A stretch of DNA of 64,000 nt from Candidatus Zhuqueibacterota bacterium (GCA_049322915.1 JBMOPW010000034.1:691372-755371), one strand, 5' to 3'; positions 41,139 through 51,514 are shown, numbered from the stretch's first letter. Translations and numbers: made by a program. The notes: a model not told the origin generated them from the sequence alone.

Positions 41139-42389
41139 TTATTGATGTTTCTCCCGGAGCTCCTGCGACAGCGTTTTGATCTCGGTCAAATCCTGCTGCA
41201 TCTCGCTCCAGCCGTACCAGAGCGCATAGTCCGGATTGGCGTGGAATGTGCCCTGGAACGTCCTCATCCGGTGCTTCAGAAACATGAGAAACAACTTTTG
41301 CTCGATCACTGTCGGCGCATCGTGAAACGTCAGCAGGTCGGGAAAGGCATAGGCATAGGAATCGGGTTTCTTCAAAACATTGTCTTTGTACAGGTCGGCG
41401 ATGATCAGAATCGCCTGGGCCATGAGCCCATCCGCCTGCCGGATCATGTCGTCGCCTTTTTCAAGCTCCGCAGAAGCGAAATTGAGCGAATGGCATTGAT
41501 TGCATGTCTTCAGCATTTTATCCCGCTCCTCCTGCCAGGCCTCCTGCGTCAGTCGCGCGAGGTCCGCCGCTTTGACGGTTTCCAGGCGCATGGTCGGTTT
41601 GCCTTCCGGGTCCAGCACTCTCAGCGCTTTGAGAATCGTGGCTCGATCTTCTGCCCACTTTTTATCCGCAGGCATGGGCAGTCGAACTGCCAGAAATCCC
41701 CAGGCGGCTCGGACTTCATGGTCGCCCTGCTGCATGTGACAGGTCTGACAGGTGGGCGCCGCCGCTTCTTCAGGCAGAGCGCCGGCCTGTTTCAACAAAA
41801 ACCGAACGCCGTGTTTGGAAGACGAATACATTTCCCATTGCGGATGATCGATGCCCATGTGACATGTCTGACAGGCCTGCGGTTGCCGGGCTTCCTTCTT
41901 CGAAAACAGATGGCGGGTATGACAGGCGTCGCAGGAGGCCACGCCAAATCCAACGCCCTGTTGCTTCAATTCAGCCAGATCCGCTTCATTTTTTAGGCCA
42001 ATTTTATGACACCCGCCGCATCCTTTCATCCCTTCGATCATGGCCATGGGCTGCCAATGAGCGGTTGGCATGGCCTTCATGGCAGTCCACGCCACTGCAT
42101 GCTTTCCCTGAGAGAATTGTTGCACCTGGTTTGGGTGACATTCGGCGCAGGTTTCAGGCGTCGGAATTTTCACTTTGTCCACATCATAAGCTGAATGATG
42201 CAACTCACCGTGACAGGTCGAACATTCAATGCCTGCCGGTGAATGCTTGCTCAGCTTCCAGTCGGATACGATGTTGGGAGTTTGCTTGCTGTGACACTCC
42301 ACGCAATCCTGCGCCAGCGCTGCGGACGAAAACATCCCGACCGCCAGCAGGACAAGGACCCACACTACCGGTTTACTCACCATAGTCAT
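41139..42389 (-). CDS. Octaheme cytochrome c, HAO superfamily (reductive type)
   Basis: Eight CxxCH motifs; HTRH, CHMGIDHPQWEMY and HANPDYALW motifs; signal peptide. Confidence 0.85.
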   Translation of the reverse strand: MTMVSKPVVWVLVLLAVGMFSSAALAQDCVECHSKQTPNIVSDWKLSKHSPAGIECSTCHGELHHSAYDVDKVKIPTPETCAECHPNQVQQFSQGKHAVAWTAMKAMPTAHWQPMAMIEGMKGCGGCHKIGLKNEADLAELKQQGVGFGVASCDACHTRHLFSKKEARQPQACQTCHMGIDHPQWEMYSSSKHGVRFLLKQAGALPEEAAAPTCQTCHMQQGDHEVRAAWGFLAVRLPMPADKKWAEDRATILKALRVLDPEGKPTMRLETVKAADLARLTQEAWQEERDKMLKTCNQCHSLNFASAELEKGDDMIRQADGLMAQAILIIADLYKDNVLKKPDSYAYAFPDLLTFHDAPTVIEQKLFLMFLKHRMRTFQGTFHANPDYALWYGWSEMQQDLTEIKTLSQELREKHQ

Positions 42390-42432
42390 TCCTTTCAGTT
42401 AAATGAATTTATAGCAAAGGGCTATCGCCCGG

Positions 42433-43737
42433 TTAAATTCGCGCGACCCCGAGGAACAGGGTGTGCAGAACAACGATCATCACGATGAACAACGCACGGG
42501 CGCGGACCGGACGCATCTTCAAAAATCGGTACTCCAGCGAGTTGTGTTTGCAGCTTGCCAGACAATCACCGCAGAGCGTGCAGGCGATGCCGGGACGCCG
42601 TCGCCGGATGTCTTCTTTGGTCAATGAATGATAACGGCAGACCAGGGCACATGCGTTGCATTCAGTGCACGAATCTGTGATGCGGATCCGGAACGGCGAC
42701 GCCTTTCCCAGCCATGTTGCCAGAACGCCGATGGGACAGTACGTGATACAGTGCGTCATCTGTCCGGTTTTTCGGGACCAGAACACCATCACTGCGACGC
42801 CGCCAATGCCAAACAGCAATCCGAGAATCGTGGCTGTCAGCATCGACGCGCCGGCGAATCGCAATCCAATGGCTGCCAGTATCATAAAGACCAGAATACC
42901 GATCTGCGCCGCTCGCCGCCATTCTGGGAGTCGCTGCGGTCTTTTCAGCGCGCGCGACGCCAGGCTATCCCACGCACCGACATAACACAGATAACTGCAC
43001 CAGGCCGGGCCGACGAGAATGATGGTGGATAAAAAGAGAATGGGCATGAAAAATCGTTCACCGCGAAAGATGGGGCCGGTCAAAATCATTGCCGGGACAG
43101 GCAGATGAAGTTGTCCGGTCATCAGCATTTTTTCAATCCCCAATAATCCGAACGCCAGTTGCGCAAAGAACACGATGGAAAATATGAGCCATATCCTCTG
43201 ACGCCAGAGGGTCTGTTGTGGATTCATCAACTTCCCGGTGATCCATTGTGCGTACATGCCCAGAAGGAAGATTTCAATCCACCCGAAGCCGGGAAAAAAC
43301 CGCTCAACCAGAAGCAGCGGCAATGCCACCACCGATTGAACGATTCCCAATAAGCCCACAGTCCCAAGAAATACAATGGCGCTCGTAACCTCCGCCGGGT
43401 GGCGGCTGGCGTAGCGTTCTCTCAATCCTCTGAATCGAAAGACCCCGGCAGACAGCAGCATGAACAGCGCCACTGCGCCGAGAATGATGGCCAATCGGGT
43501 CCAGGGTTCACCCACCTCCTGTCGCGCCTGAATAATCCGCAGCGCTGTCCGCACCCATTCAATGGCCGCCGCCGCCAGCAGCGCCTGAATGACAATGGCG
43601 ACCCAGCGCTGACGAAGCATCAACAAAAATAATGCCATAAGGCTCACAGCTACCAGGCCGTGCTGCTCAGCGCGCGAGAAATGCGCCGCCATCAGCAGGG
43701 CGGACAGAATGACGGGCAAAAGGCGTACGACATTCAC
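42433..43737 (-). CDS. Membrane 4Fe-4S binding protein (NapH/MauN-like)
   Basis: WCSYLCY and HCITYCP motifs, two CxxCxxCxxxC, multiple TM helices. Confidence 0.85.
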   Translation of the reverse strand: MNVVRLLPVILSALLMAAHFSRAEQHGLVAVSLMALFLLMLRQRWVAIVIQALLAAAAIEWVRTALRIIQARQEVGEPWTRLAIILGAVALFMLLSAGVFRFRGLRERYASRHPAEVTSAIVFLGTVGLLGIVQSVVALPLLLVERFFPGFGWIEIFLLGMYAQWITGKLMNPQQTLWRQRIWLIFSIVFFAQLAFGLLGIEKMLMTGQLHLPVPAMILTGPIFRGERFFMPILFLSTIILVGPAWCSYLCYVGAWDSLASRALKRPQRLPEWRRAAQIGILVFMILAAIGLRFAGASMLTATILGLLFGIGGVAVMVFWSRKTGQMTHCITYCPIGVLATWLGKASPFRIRITDSCTECNACALVCRYHSLTKEDIRRRRPGIACTLCGDCLASCKHNSLEYRFLKMRPVRARALFIVMIVVLHTLFLGVARI

Positions 43738-43777
43738 GATGACTCCCTCCCGGAAATCAAATATTCAATAAGCAACA

Positions 43778-44101
43778 TTATCCCCGTATCATGATGAGCA
43801 ACATTTTAAACGGCGTTCTGGCCGCGACAGCATGCGGGACATTGGCCGGCAACAGCACCATCTCGCCGGCCCTGACAATTGCCTGCTTGTCGCCAATCGT
43901 CCACTCCGCTTCGCCATCGAGAGTTTGCACAACAGCATCGAACGGCGTTGAATGTTCGCTCAAACCCTGCCCGGCATCGAATGCGAAAATCGTGAGGGTG
44001 CCGGAATTGTTTTTCACGATCTCCATGCTGACCACCGAATGTGGCGCGTATTCAACCAATTTCCCAAGATTTACCGGGACCGAATCCGGAATTTTTCTCA
44101 T
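43778..44101 (-). CDS. Cupin domain protein
   Basis: GQGLSEHSTPFDA...PANVPHAV. Confidence 0.9.
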   Translation of the reverse strand: MRKIPDSVPVNLGKLVEYAPHSVVSMEIVKNNSGTLTIFAFDAGQGLSEHSTPFDAVVQTLDGEAEWTIGDKQAIVRAGEMVLLPANVPHAVAARTPFKMLLIMIRG

Positions 44102-44151
44102 TGTCTCACCTATCTTTTCTTGTTAACAACGTAAACGACAGAGCGCTTATG

Positions 44152-44400
44152 GTAGCCGCTCACAGGTTCCGGGTTCACCCAGTGAAATAATACTAAATAA
44201 CACAATAATTCGGTTGTTATATGATTTAAAACGCTACACACAAATTATTTTAAAATTGAAAATATTTCACGGGGTGAAGCGTTACCGGGTGGTGTTTTGG
44301 ATATGGTTGCTCGTAAAATTTTGTCTGTTCAAATAATCCGTCATAACCTGTACGTGATCTTTAACCTTGAACCCCGAACGATGAACCTGTGAACGGTTAC
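44152..44400. mobile_element. IS66-like MITE family A copy 1 (empty form)
   Basis: TIRs GTAGCCGCTCACAGGTTC/GAACCTGTGAACGGTTAC; degenerate 8-bp TSD CGCTTATG/CGCTTCTT; homologous to 49245-49851. Confidence 0.75.
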
Positions 44401-44435
44401 CGCTTCTTTTCTCCATCATTGCCTAAAAGTTCACC

Positions 44436-46679
44436 TTACGCCTGCGCCTTCCTGAAGTAACTCAACCAGATCGCGCGAACCAAAAATAAAAATAGCAATA
44501 TCGCGCCGGAGGCGAAGATCAAATCCGGAACCACCCGCATCCAGGCAAAGGTCTGAATGGCTTTGCTGGTGGCAATCTCCGGGCTGCGGGCGTACCAGAG
44601 CCCATATTTCACTGCATAATAGAATTGATAAAATCCGGATGGGATCAGACTGAAAACCGCCATGGACATCAACCCGCCGTTGAGTCCCCAGAAGCTCCAT
44701 TTCAGCAGGCTATCCGACCAGGAGTCCTTCTTCACAATGTGCCGGACGGAAAACAGCATCAATGCAATTGCCAGCAAGCCATAGACGCCGAACAGCGCCG
44801 TATGCCCATGGATCGGTGTGGTATTAATTCCTTGAATATAATAGAGCACGATCGGCGGATTGATGAGAAAGCCGAACACGCCGGCGCCCAGCATATTCCA
44901 GAAAGCGACCGAGATGAAGAAATAAATCGGCCATCGGTATGGAAAGTCGGCGCCACCCATTTTAACCACGCGCAGATTGTGAACCGATTCAAATGCCAGC
45001 AAGGTGAGGGGGACAACTTCCAGCGCTGAAAATACAGCGCCCAATGCGATGACCGGCGATGGCGAGCCTGAGAAATACAGGTGGTGGAACGTTCCGATGA
45101 CGCCGCTTCCCAGGTAAAGAAAGATGCTGAAATAGATGGTCTTCAGCGCGAAATTTCGACTCACGGCGCCGATGTGACCTAAAATGAAGCCCATAAAAAC
45201 CGTGGCAAACACTTCAAAAAATCCTTCAACCCAGAGATGCACGACCCACCAGCGCCAGTACTCGGCTTCGGACAGATGGCTCCCCTCGCCGTACATTAAA
45301 CCGGCCATGTAAAACAGCGGAATAGTAATCGCGCTATACAGCAATACGTGGGTGATCCCGCTATAATCCTTTTCCGCGCCCAGCGCCGGACGGATGGCGC
45401 GAACGACCAGGAACAGCCAGATGATCATTCCTGCAATCAGCAATAACTGCCAGAGCCGACCCAATTCGATGTACTCATAGCCCTGATGTCCGAGCAGGAA
45501 GGTGTTGGCGTTCATTTTGCCGGTGACCGACAGCCAGGTGCCGACCAATGTTCCGCCCAGAACGACCGCGACTGCGCCGAATAAAACCCAGGTCAGCAGT
45601 CCCTGCTTCTTTGGCTCTTTGCCAACGAATGGCCCGATGAACAAGCCGGCAGCTAAAAAGCAGGTAGCGATCCAGAAAATCGCGAGCTGCAAATGCCAGG
45701 TGCGGGCGATGGCGTACGGTAAAAATGAGGCTAAGGGAATTCCATAAAAACCGGCTCCTTCAACCGTATAATGTCCGATGATGGCGCCGAGACCGATCTG
45801 CGCAATCAGCAGCAAGCTGGCGACCAGGAAAAAAGGAAGCGTCGCTTTTTGACTGGCGGTCGGTGCAGGCTCCGCAAAATCGGACAGCAGTTTTGTCTCA
45901 TAATCCTCCTCCCGGATGTAGCGCAGATAAACGAACAGCACCACAGCGATCGCCAGAATCAGCAGGATCACGCTCACGATCGACCAGATCATTGCATCCG
46001 GAACAGGCTGATTGCCAACGAGCGGGTCAAAAGGAAAGTTGCTGGTGTAGGTGTAATCTTTGTCCAGCCGATTGGCGCCGGCAGCCCAGGCGAGCCAGGC
46101 AAAAAAGGCAGTGATGAGGCGCCCCTCTTCGTCCGTACGAACAATGCCGGGCTGCAACGCCATGCGTTCGTTGCCGTTCCGGAATAATTGGGTGTAATAC
46201 GCGGTCAGCGATTTGAATACATCCGCCTGATTCTGAGTGAAAATCAGTGTCTCATCACTGGCATTATAACGATTGGTCTTCACCTCCTGCTGAACCTGGG
46301 CGCTCAATTTGGCCCGGGTCACCTGATCCAGCGCATCAAAATTTTCTTGTGAAAACGACTCAGCCTGCGCCTGATCCAATTCATTGTATCTGGCAGCGAG
46401 AAACAGCCCCATGCGGTGCAGGTAATCCGCCGACCAGTCCGGCGCTAAATAAGAACCATGCCCCCAGATCGTGCCGATGTGTTGCCCCCCACGACTGAAG
46501 TAGTAGTTCTGCCCGGCGATGATATCCTCACCGGTAAAAACCACCTCGCCGGTCTCTGTTTTCACAGCAGCGGGAATTGGCGGTTTTTCCTTTTTGATCA
46601 GGTAACCTCCAAAGATCAGCACTGCAAATGCCAGCACTAGTAAAAAAATAAGCACTGCACGAACATTTGGATTGCTCAT
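44436..46679 (-). CDS. norZ: Quinol-dependent nitric oxide reductase (qNOR)
   Basis: WGHGSYLAPDWSAD, RTWH, WWVVHLWVEGFFE, GTFHH and HGHTA motifs. Confidence 0.93.
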   Translation of the reverse strand: MSNPNVRAVLIFLLVLAFAVLIFGGYLIKKEKPPIPAAVKTETGEVVFTGEDIIAGQNYYFSRGGQHIGTIWGHGSYLAPDWSADYLHRMGLFLAARYNELDQAQAESFSQENFDALDQVTRAKLSAQVQQEVKTNRYNASDETLIFTQNQADVFKSLTAYYTQLFRNGNERMALQPGIVRTDEEGRLITAFFAWLAWAAGANRLDKDYTYTSNFPFDPLVGNQPVPDAMIWSIVSVILLILAIAVVLFVYLRYIREEDYETKLLSDFAEPAPTASQKATLPFFLVASLLLIAQIGLGAIIGHYTVEGAGFYGIPLASFLPYAIARTWHLQLAIFWIATCFLAAGLFIGPFVGKEPKKQGLLTWVLFGAVAVVLGGTLVGTWLSVTGKMNANTFLLGHQGYEYIELGRLWQLLLIAGMIIWLFLVVRAIRPALGAEKDYSGITHVLLYSAITIPLFYMAGLMYGEGSHLSEAEYWRWWVVHLWVEGFFEVFATVFMGFILGHIGAVSRNFALKTIYFSIFLYLGSGVIGTFHHLYFSGSPSPVIALGAVFSALEVVPLTLLAFESVHNLRVVKMGGADFPYRWPIYFFISVAFWNMLGAGVFGFLINPPIVLYYIQGINTTPIHGHTALFGVYGLLAIALMLFSVRHIVKKDSWSDSLLKWSFWGLNGGLMSMAVFSLIPSGFYQFYYAVKYGLWYARSPEIATSKAIQTFAWMRVVPDLIFASGAILLFLFLVRAIWLSYFRKAQA

Positions 46680-46712
46680 AAAATGCCTCCTTCGCGTTAA
46701 TTATTTTGGTTA

Positions 46713-46890
46713 GTGTCTGTCCGAAAAACCTACATTAGCTATGCGGTTGCTATTTTCAAACTTCATTACGTCAGACATCATCCCCTAAACCCCTTCTTAC
46801 GCTGCGGGCAAGAAGGGGAACATCTGTTCTCCCTCTCCTTTTAGGAGAGGGTTGGGGTGAGGTCAATATTAGCAATTTTCGGACAGACCC
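46713..46890. mobile_element. MITE family B copy 2 (reverse orientation)
   Basis: Reverse-complement homolog of 1621-1799; TIRs GTGTCTGTCCGAAAA/TTTTCGGACAGACCC. Confidence 0.8.
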
Positions 46891-47000
46891 TACATAAATT
46901 TGTGAAACGCTGTACTAAGATTTTGAACGCCTCTGACTAACCTATAGATTGCATCCTCAAAACATCGACAATCGTTCTTGTTTCGCATTCATTCGGTGCA

Positions 47001-47528
47001 CTATCGCTTTAAAAAATAATTGGAAAAATAGTTATCCGCAGTACGCTTCGTCCACACCTGAAAGCCCTTTTGCTGCGCCATTGAAATTAACGGAGCAGGC
47101 AAAAATGGAGTGACTAATTCCAATATCTGCCCGGATCCAATTTTATCCAATTCTTTGAAGACGAATTTGACAGGCTCTTCACTCGCTTCGAGCATCGGTC
47201 TGGCATCGATGGTTTTTATCAGTTTCGAGCTATTGAACCAATCAGGTTGTGTCATTGCGCTTGAGTCCGATCCTTCTGCCTCGTCCTCGATCATTTGTTG
47301 ACCGACTTGCGTGCGCAATCGGTTGATCACCTCTGCCAATGGCACGTTGCCAATCTTCGCTGCCTGACGCAAGCTTGTCACTTTGGCAATCGTCCTTCTC
47401 AACACCGGATTTTTTAGTTTTTGAAAGGCAGGGGCAATATCAACTAATGTCGCCTCTAACTCCGGATAAATTTTCAATAATTGGTCTATTTTTGTTTCCG
47501 GAGTTATGTTGAATTTCTCTTCGCTCAT
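47001..47528 (-). CDS. DUF1858 domain protein with DUF2249-like C-terminus
   Basis: LKNPVLRRTIAKVTSLRQAAKIG; PFLPAPLI. Confidence 0.8.
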   Translation of the reverse strand: MSEEKFNITPETKIDQLLKIYPELEATLVDIAPAFQKLKNPVLRRTIAKVTSLRQAAKIGNVPLAEVINRLRTQVGQQMIEDEAEGSDSSAMTQPDWFNSSKLIKTIDARPMLEASEEPVKFVFKELDKIGSGQILELVTPFLPAPLISMAQQKGFQVWTKRTADNYFSNYFLKR

Positions 47529-47559
47529 AGGCTTGACTCTCTCTATAATCTAATAATTA

Positions 47560-47682
47560 GAATGACCAGTTGAAAGCATATGCAATAAATTCGATACTTT
47601 ATTGTATCTGTAATGGACGGTCGCGACCGTCCACTACACGTATGTCCAATAATATAGACGCCAAAATTTTAACTGGTCATTC
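47560..47682. mobile_element. MITE family D with central GTAG-type REP palindrome
   Basis: TIR GAATGACCAGTT/AACTGGTCATTC; core TGGACGGTCGCGACCGTCCA; second copy about 51515-51628. Confidence 0.7.
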
Positions 47683-47821
47683 ATATAAATAAACACGATT
47701 GAAAACAAGTATTCGTTCATACGGTGAAAATCTATTCGCTGAATCCCGACTCAAAATATGAGGTGTCACACTCCACTCTTTGAATTGCCTGAAATAGATG
47801 AATTGCCAGGCAGCTTTTTAG

Positions 47822-49054
47822 TCATTTGGAATAATCCAACAACCGCTGATCGCCTGTCAATTTTCTTTTTTCGGTCAAATCCTGGCTCACTTCCAGCGTC
47901 CCCAAATATTCGCCATTGACGCTGCGCATGGCAAAATATTCAATCATAACAAATTTACCAGCCATCTGAATCCAGAACGCGGCCCGGTGTTGTTTGCCTG
48001 ATTTGAAGTCATTCAGGATTTCCTCAACGATATGCACACTTGATGGCGGATGACATTTTTGTACCTCTCTCCCCAGGATGGCTCGGCTGCGGGCAAAGAT
48101 ACGCTCTTCACCCTGAGAGAAAAACCGAACCCTGTCGTCTTTATCCACGAAGGTCAGATCAAATGGGATCGTATTGAGCAGCGCTGTCAATTCCTCAACC
48201 GAGAAACTGCCGCTCGGCAATTGAATTCTTCCTTCCTGTGGCGCTTTTGAAACATCCTCAGAGACGCCGGCTGGACGCCAGGCCACTGTCGGGTCGTACA
48301 GACAAAATCCGATCTCCAGACTCTGCGCGTAAATTTCGTACCACTCGTTTTCAGTCAGCGTATCGAGCGTCATCGGAAACAGGATTTCCTCTTCCTTGCT
48401 TATCATGTCCTCAATCGATTGCGATGCAGGCTGAAGAACCATGTGCACAACAGTTTGCGCTTCATCCAGCGTCATTGAACCAGCTTCTTTCATTGTTTCA
48501 AATGCAGCCTTCAACAGCGCGCGCGTCTCATCGTGTTTTCCCCACATCACTTGCGGCGGCCCGGTGATACCGTGTTTTTCCAGAAATGGAAACAGCAAAT
48601 TTTCTTTTCGCAGGTAGTGCTTTTCCACATCAGCCAACGCATTGAAATGGCGCTGAATTTCCAGGAACAAGTGGTTGACGTCCTTTCCCGATGTCAACCC
48701 ATTCATGTGTCCATACCATTCTTTCAACGCGTTCGTCTCTCGCAGCAACGCCAAATTTTCCTGCTGGAACGTATGCACAGGATGACCGGCTGGCGCAGTT
48801 CTGGCCCCTGTATGGTCAATGGCGCCTTGCAACGCAGCCGTGTGAATGTCACATAATTTCAGGACTTCCTGCTGAGGCAAGCCCTCTGATATCAGCTCTT
48901 GCTCCACCGCAACGACGTCATTATACGGCACCTGGCCGAGTAACCGGATCAGTTGTTTACGCACTGCCTCCGGCGCCTCGCCTTTGTGAAGTTGCAGAAT
49001 CATGTGTTTGAGCAGCGCTTTTCTATTCCGGGCATTATTGAGTAATTCGCTCAT
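47822..49054 (-). CDS. DUF438 + hemerythrin-like + PAS domain protein
   Basis: LCDIH, GHPVHTF, HYLRKENLLFP, VMWGKHD and CHPPSS motifs. Confidence 0.88.
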   Translation of the reverse strand: MSELLNNARNRKALLKHMILQLHKGEAPEAVRKQLIRLLGQVPYNDVVAVEQELISEGLPQQEVLKLCDIHTAALQGAIDHTGARTAPAGHPVHTFQQENLALLRETNALKEWYGHMNGLTSGKDVNHLFLEIQRHFNALADVEKHYLRKENLLFPFLEKHGITGPPQVMWGKHDETRALLKAAFETMKEAGSMTLDEAQTVVHMVLQPASQSIEDMISKEEEILFPMTLDTLTENEWYEIYAQSLEIGFCLYDPTVAWRPAGVSEDVSKAPQEGRIQLPSGSFSVEELTALLNTIPFDLTFVDKDDRVRFFSQGEERIFARSRAILGREVQKCHPPSSVHIVEEILNDFKSGKQHRAAFWIQMAGKFVMIEYFAMRSVNGEYLGTLEVSQDLTEKRKLTGDQRLLDYSK

Positions 49055-49107
49055 GGTTATTCTCCTATGTTATTCCAATACAATGTAACATTTATTACAA
49101 AAATCGC

Positions 49108-49123
49108 ATTGACTAAAGTCAAT
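49108..49123. promoter_or_regulatory. FNR/Crp-family (DNR/HcpR-like) binding box
   Basis: ATTGAC-TAAA-GTCAAT palindrome, about 41 bp upstream of a start inferred from a minus-strand TGnTACATT extended -10. Confidence 0.65.
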
Positions 49124-49244
49124 TGCCGGGGATTTCATCGGTGGTCAGAATCTGTTTTTGCCCACGACCATAATGTGTCTGAATGAATGCAGCAAAAGCA
49201 TCGGTCTGAAGGCATGATCGATTTGATGTTCTATCCGGCAGACG

Positions 49245-49851
49245 GTCGCTGCACACAGGTTCCGGGTTCACCCAGTGAAATAATACTAAATAGTGTCTGT
49301 CCGAAAAGGCTTACCCTTACCCATATCTTTTCTAACGCAGAGGTCGCAGAGACCGCAGAGGTACGCAGAGTTTTGGTATTGAAAAAAAGCTGTCTGCAAA
49401 CTTATGAAACCAGGTATTTTCCTGGTTATTTTGATCTTCTGTTACTATGGGTGAACATGATTTTCATTGTTTGATTGAAAATTTTAAAATCACTCAGGCC
49501 AATTTAAAGCTGGTCATTTCTCTGCGCCCTTCGCGACCTCTGCGTTTCATTTGATGTGTTAATATCCATCAACTTATGGGTAAGGATTAGCCTTTCAGGA
49601 CAGGGTTGGGGTGATGTCAATATTTACAATTTTCGGACAGACACTAAATAACACAACAATTCGGTTGTTATATGATTTAAAGCGCTACACATAAATTATT
49701 TTAAAATTGAAAATATTTCACGGGGTGAAGCGTTCCCGGCTGGGGTTTTGGATATGGTTGCGCAAAATTTATTTTATGCTCAAACAGTCCGTCATCAACT
49801 GGTCGTTATCATTAACCTTGAGCCCGGAGCGTTGAACCGGTGAACGGTTAC
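49245..49851. mobile_element. IS66-like MITE family A copy 2 with nested insertion
   Basis: Homologous to 44152-44400 but interrupted at 49293-49644; TSD-like GGCAGACG/AGCAGCCG. Confidence 0.75.
49293..49644. mobile_element. Family B-ended element nested in MITE A
   Basis: Perfect 15-bp TIR GTGTCTGTCCGAAAA/TTTTCGGACAGACAC; TAAATA duplicated; empty site visible in copy 1 of A. Confidence 0.85.
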
Positions 49852-50299
49852 AGCAGCCGCTGGAAAATTGTCAATTCATCGGCATGAAATCGCGCTGCCT
49901 CCTCCTTGAGTACAACCGGCCTGGGAATGCCGATGCACAAATCGAAAGATAACATTTTTTACTGCACCCGATGCGGCCAATCCCAGGAAAACCGTTTTCT
50001 GCTTCAATCAGGTAATGGATCACATGAGTGTTTCCAAAATGAGTGACAGGTTATTTTTAAAAACATCCTCCCATTGAAGTTAATTTTTAATTATTTTTAT
50101 TGACTTTGTTCAAAATATTTATTATTTTCTCTACCGTTTTAAGAACGGGGAATGGATTAATAAATCTTAATACGAAAAGTGTAGCTTCACCAGACTTTTA
50201 TACAAGTCTGTTTTATTTCGAACAGTAGGAATTAATAAGGCATTGCGATTAAGAAATCGCATAACAATTACATTCATTCATTTTTGGAGGTCTAGTATT

Positions 50300-50905
50300 A
50301 TGTTAAGAAAGAATCTGCTGTTAACAATCGTTACCGTTATGCTTCTGATGTTAGTCATTGGCTGTGCCAAACCACCACAGCAAGAGTTGGATGCTGCAAA
50401 AGCCGTTGTAACTGCGGCGAAAGATGCTGAAGCTGATCGCTATTTGCCTGCCGAATTTAATGCAGCCCAGGATTCATTGAACGCTGCCATGACTGAAATA
50501 GAAACCCAGAAATCCAAATTCGCATTGACCCGCAATTATGGTCATGCAAAACAACTGTTGGACGCTGCTACCAAAGCCGCAACCGCAGCAAAAGACAATG
50601 TCGCTGCTAAAAAAGAAGAAGTGAAAGCCGAAGCCGAAAAATTAGTGGTTGATGCCGAAGCTGCAATGGCCGAAGCGACTGCTCTTCTGAAAAAAGCGCC
50701 CAAAGGCAAAGAAGGCCGCGAAGCTCTTGAAGCTATTCAGGGCGAACTGGCTGCTGTTGAAACCTCGATGGTCGATGCCAAAACACAGTTGGCAAATGGC
50801 GATTTCCTGTCAGCCCGCGATAAAGTAAGCGCCGGCCTGCAGAAAGTCAACTCGATTAAAGAAGAACTCAATCAAGCGATTGCCAAGAAAAAAGGGAAAA
50901 AGTAA
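50300..50905 (+). CDS. Ala/Lys-rich coiled-coil lipoprotein (DUF4398-like) ending KKKGKK
   Basis: GGAGG SD; lipobox VIGC; all-helical heptads; own promoter (TTGACT-N17-TATTTT near 50100) and terminator. Confidence 0.85.
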   Translation: MLRKNLLLTIVTVMLLMLVIGCAKPPQQELDAAKAVVTAAKDAEADRYLPAEFNAAQDSLNAAMTEIETQKSKFALTRNYGHAKQLLDAATKAATAAKDNVAAKKEEVKAEAEKLVVDAEAAMAEATALLKKAPKGKEGREALEAIQGELAAVETSMVDAKTQLANGDFLSARDKVSAGLQKVNSIKEELNQAIAKKKGKK

Positions 50906-50955
50906 TTTCCGATTTTGAAATGATATCTCTTTTTCAAATTTGTAAGTAAAAAATT

Positions 50956-50998
50956 AAAACCTCGGTTCAAACGCTTTTCTATGCTGAACCGAGGTTTT
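50956..50998 (+). terminator. Intrinsic terminator
   Basis: AAAACCTCGGTTCA...TGAACCGAGGTTTT. Confidence 0.75.
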
Positions 50999-51334
50999 GT
51001 ATATTGACAACACAACACTATTGCCAACGGGCACAAACTGTTCTTACGCATCACTTATACGGCTCAATGTCGTTCTGCTTTTGACGATATTAACCCTAAG
51101 ACGTCATTTAGCAAATTTATCACACTATGTTGAATGTTTCATCTATCCAAAAATTTTATATATAACGTTTCGCGTGACTATTCAGGCATGGAGAATCGCC
51201 GTAAAGCCACCCAGTCACAAAGCTACACGATGATGTCCTTTTTGTTATTCTCTCTTTTAATGCGATATTCAGCTTTTGAGGATTGACCCTTTTAGCCTGC
51301 ATTATTCATAGTATATTTAAAGGAGGCTGGCTAA

Positions 51335-51456
51335 CCTGAATGGTGCTCTTTTTAGAATAAACGTATAAAAACTGAGTTTCAAAATAGCTTAGCCTTTAGC
51401 TAATTGAAAATCTCAATGTTGACTCAAATTCTGAGCAAGTTCATGAATAATTCAGG
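51335..51456. mobile_element. 122-bp IS1380-like MITE copy 2, inside a degenerate IS66-like TIR pair (51174-51500)
   Basis: CCTGAAT...ATTCAGG ends; outer GTGACTATTCAGGCAT/ATGGCTGAATAATTAC. Confidence 0.65.
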
Positions 51457-51514
51457 TTAGATATTTCTTTTTCTTTGAGGCTTGATGGCTGAATAATTAC
51501 CGACTATTAGTATA

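Noticed and set aside
44436..46679. NO dismutase (Nod) instead of qNOR
   Set aside because: Canonical HLWVEGFFE, GTFHH and quinol-site RTWH/RVVPD residues are intact; no Nod-type substitutions seen.
49187..49474. Short ORFs in the MITE-rich spacers (also 50997-51233, 51497-51763, 55062-55331)
   Set aside because: They run across repeat elements, lack SD sequences and show no protein-like features.
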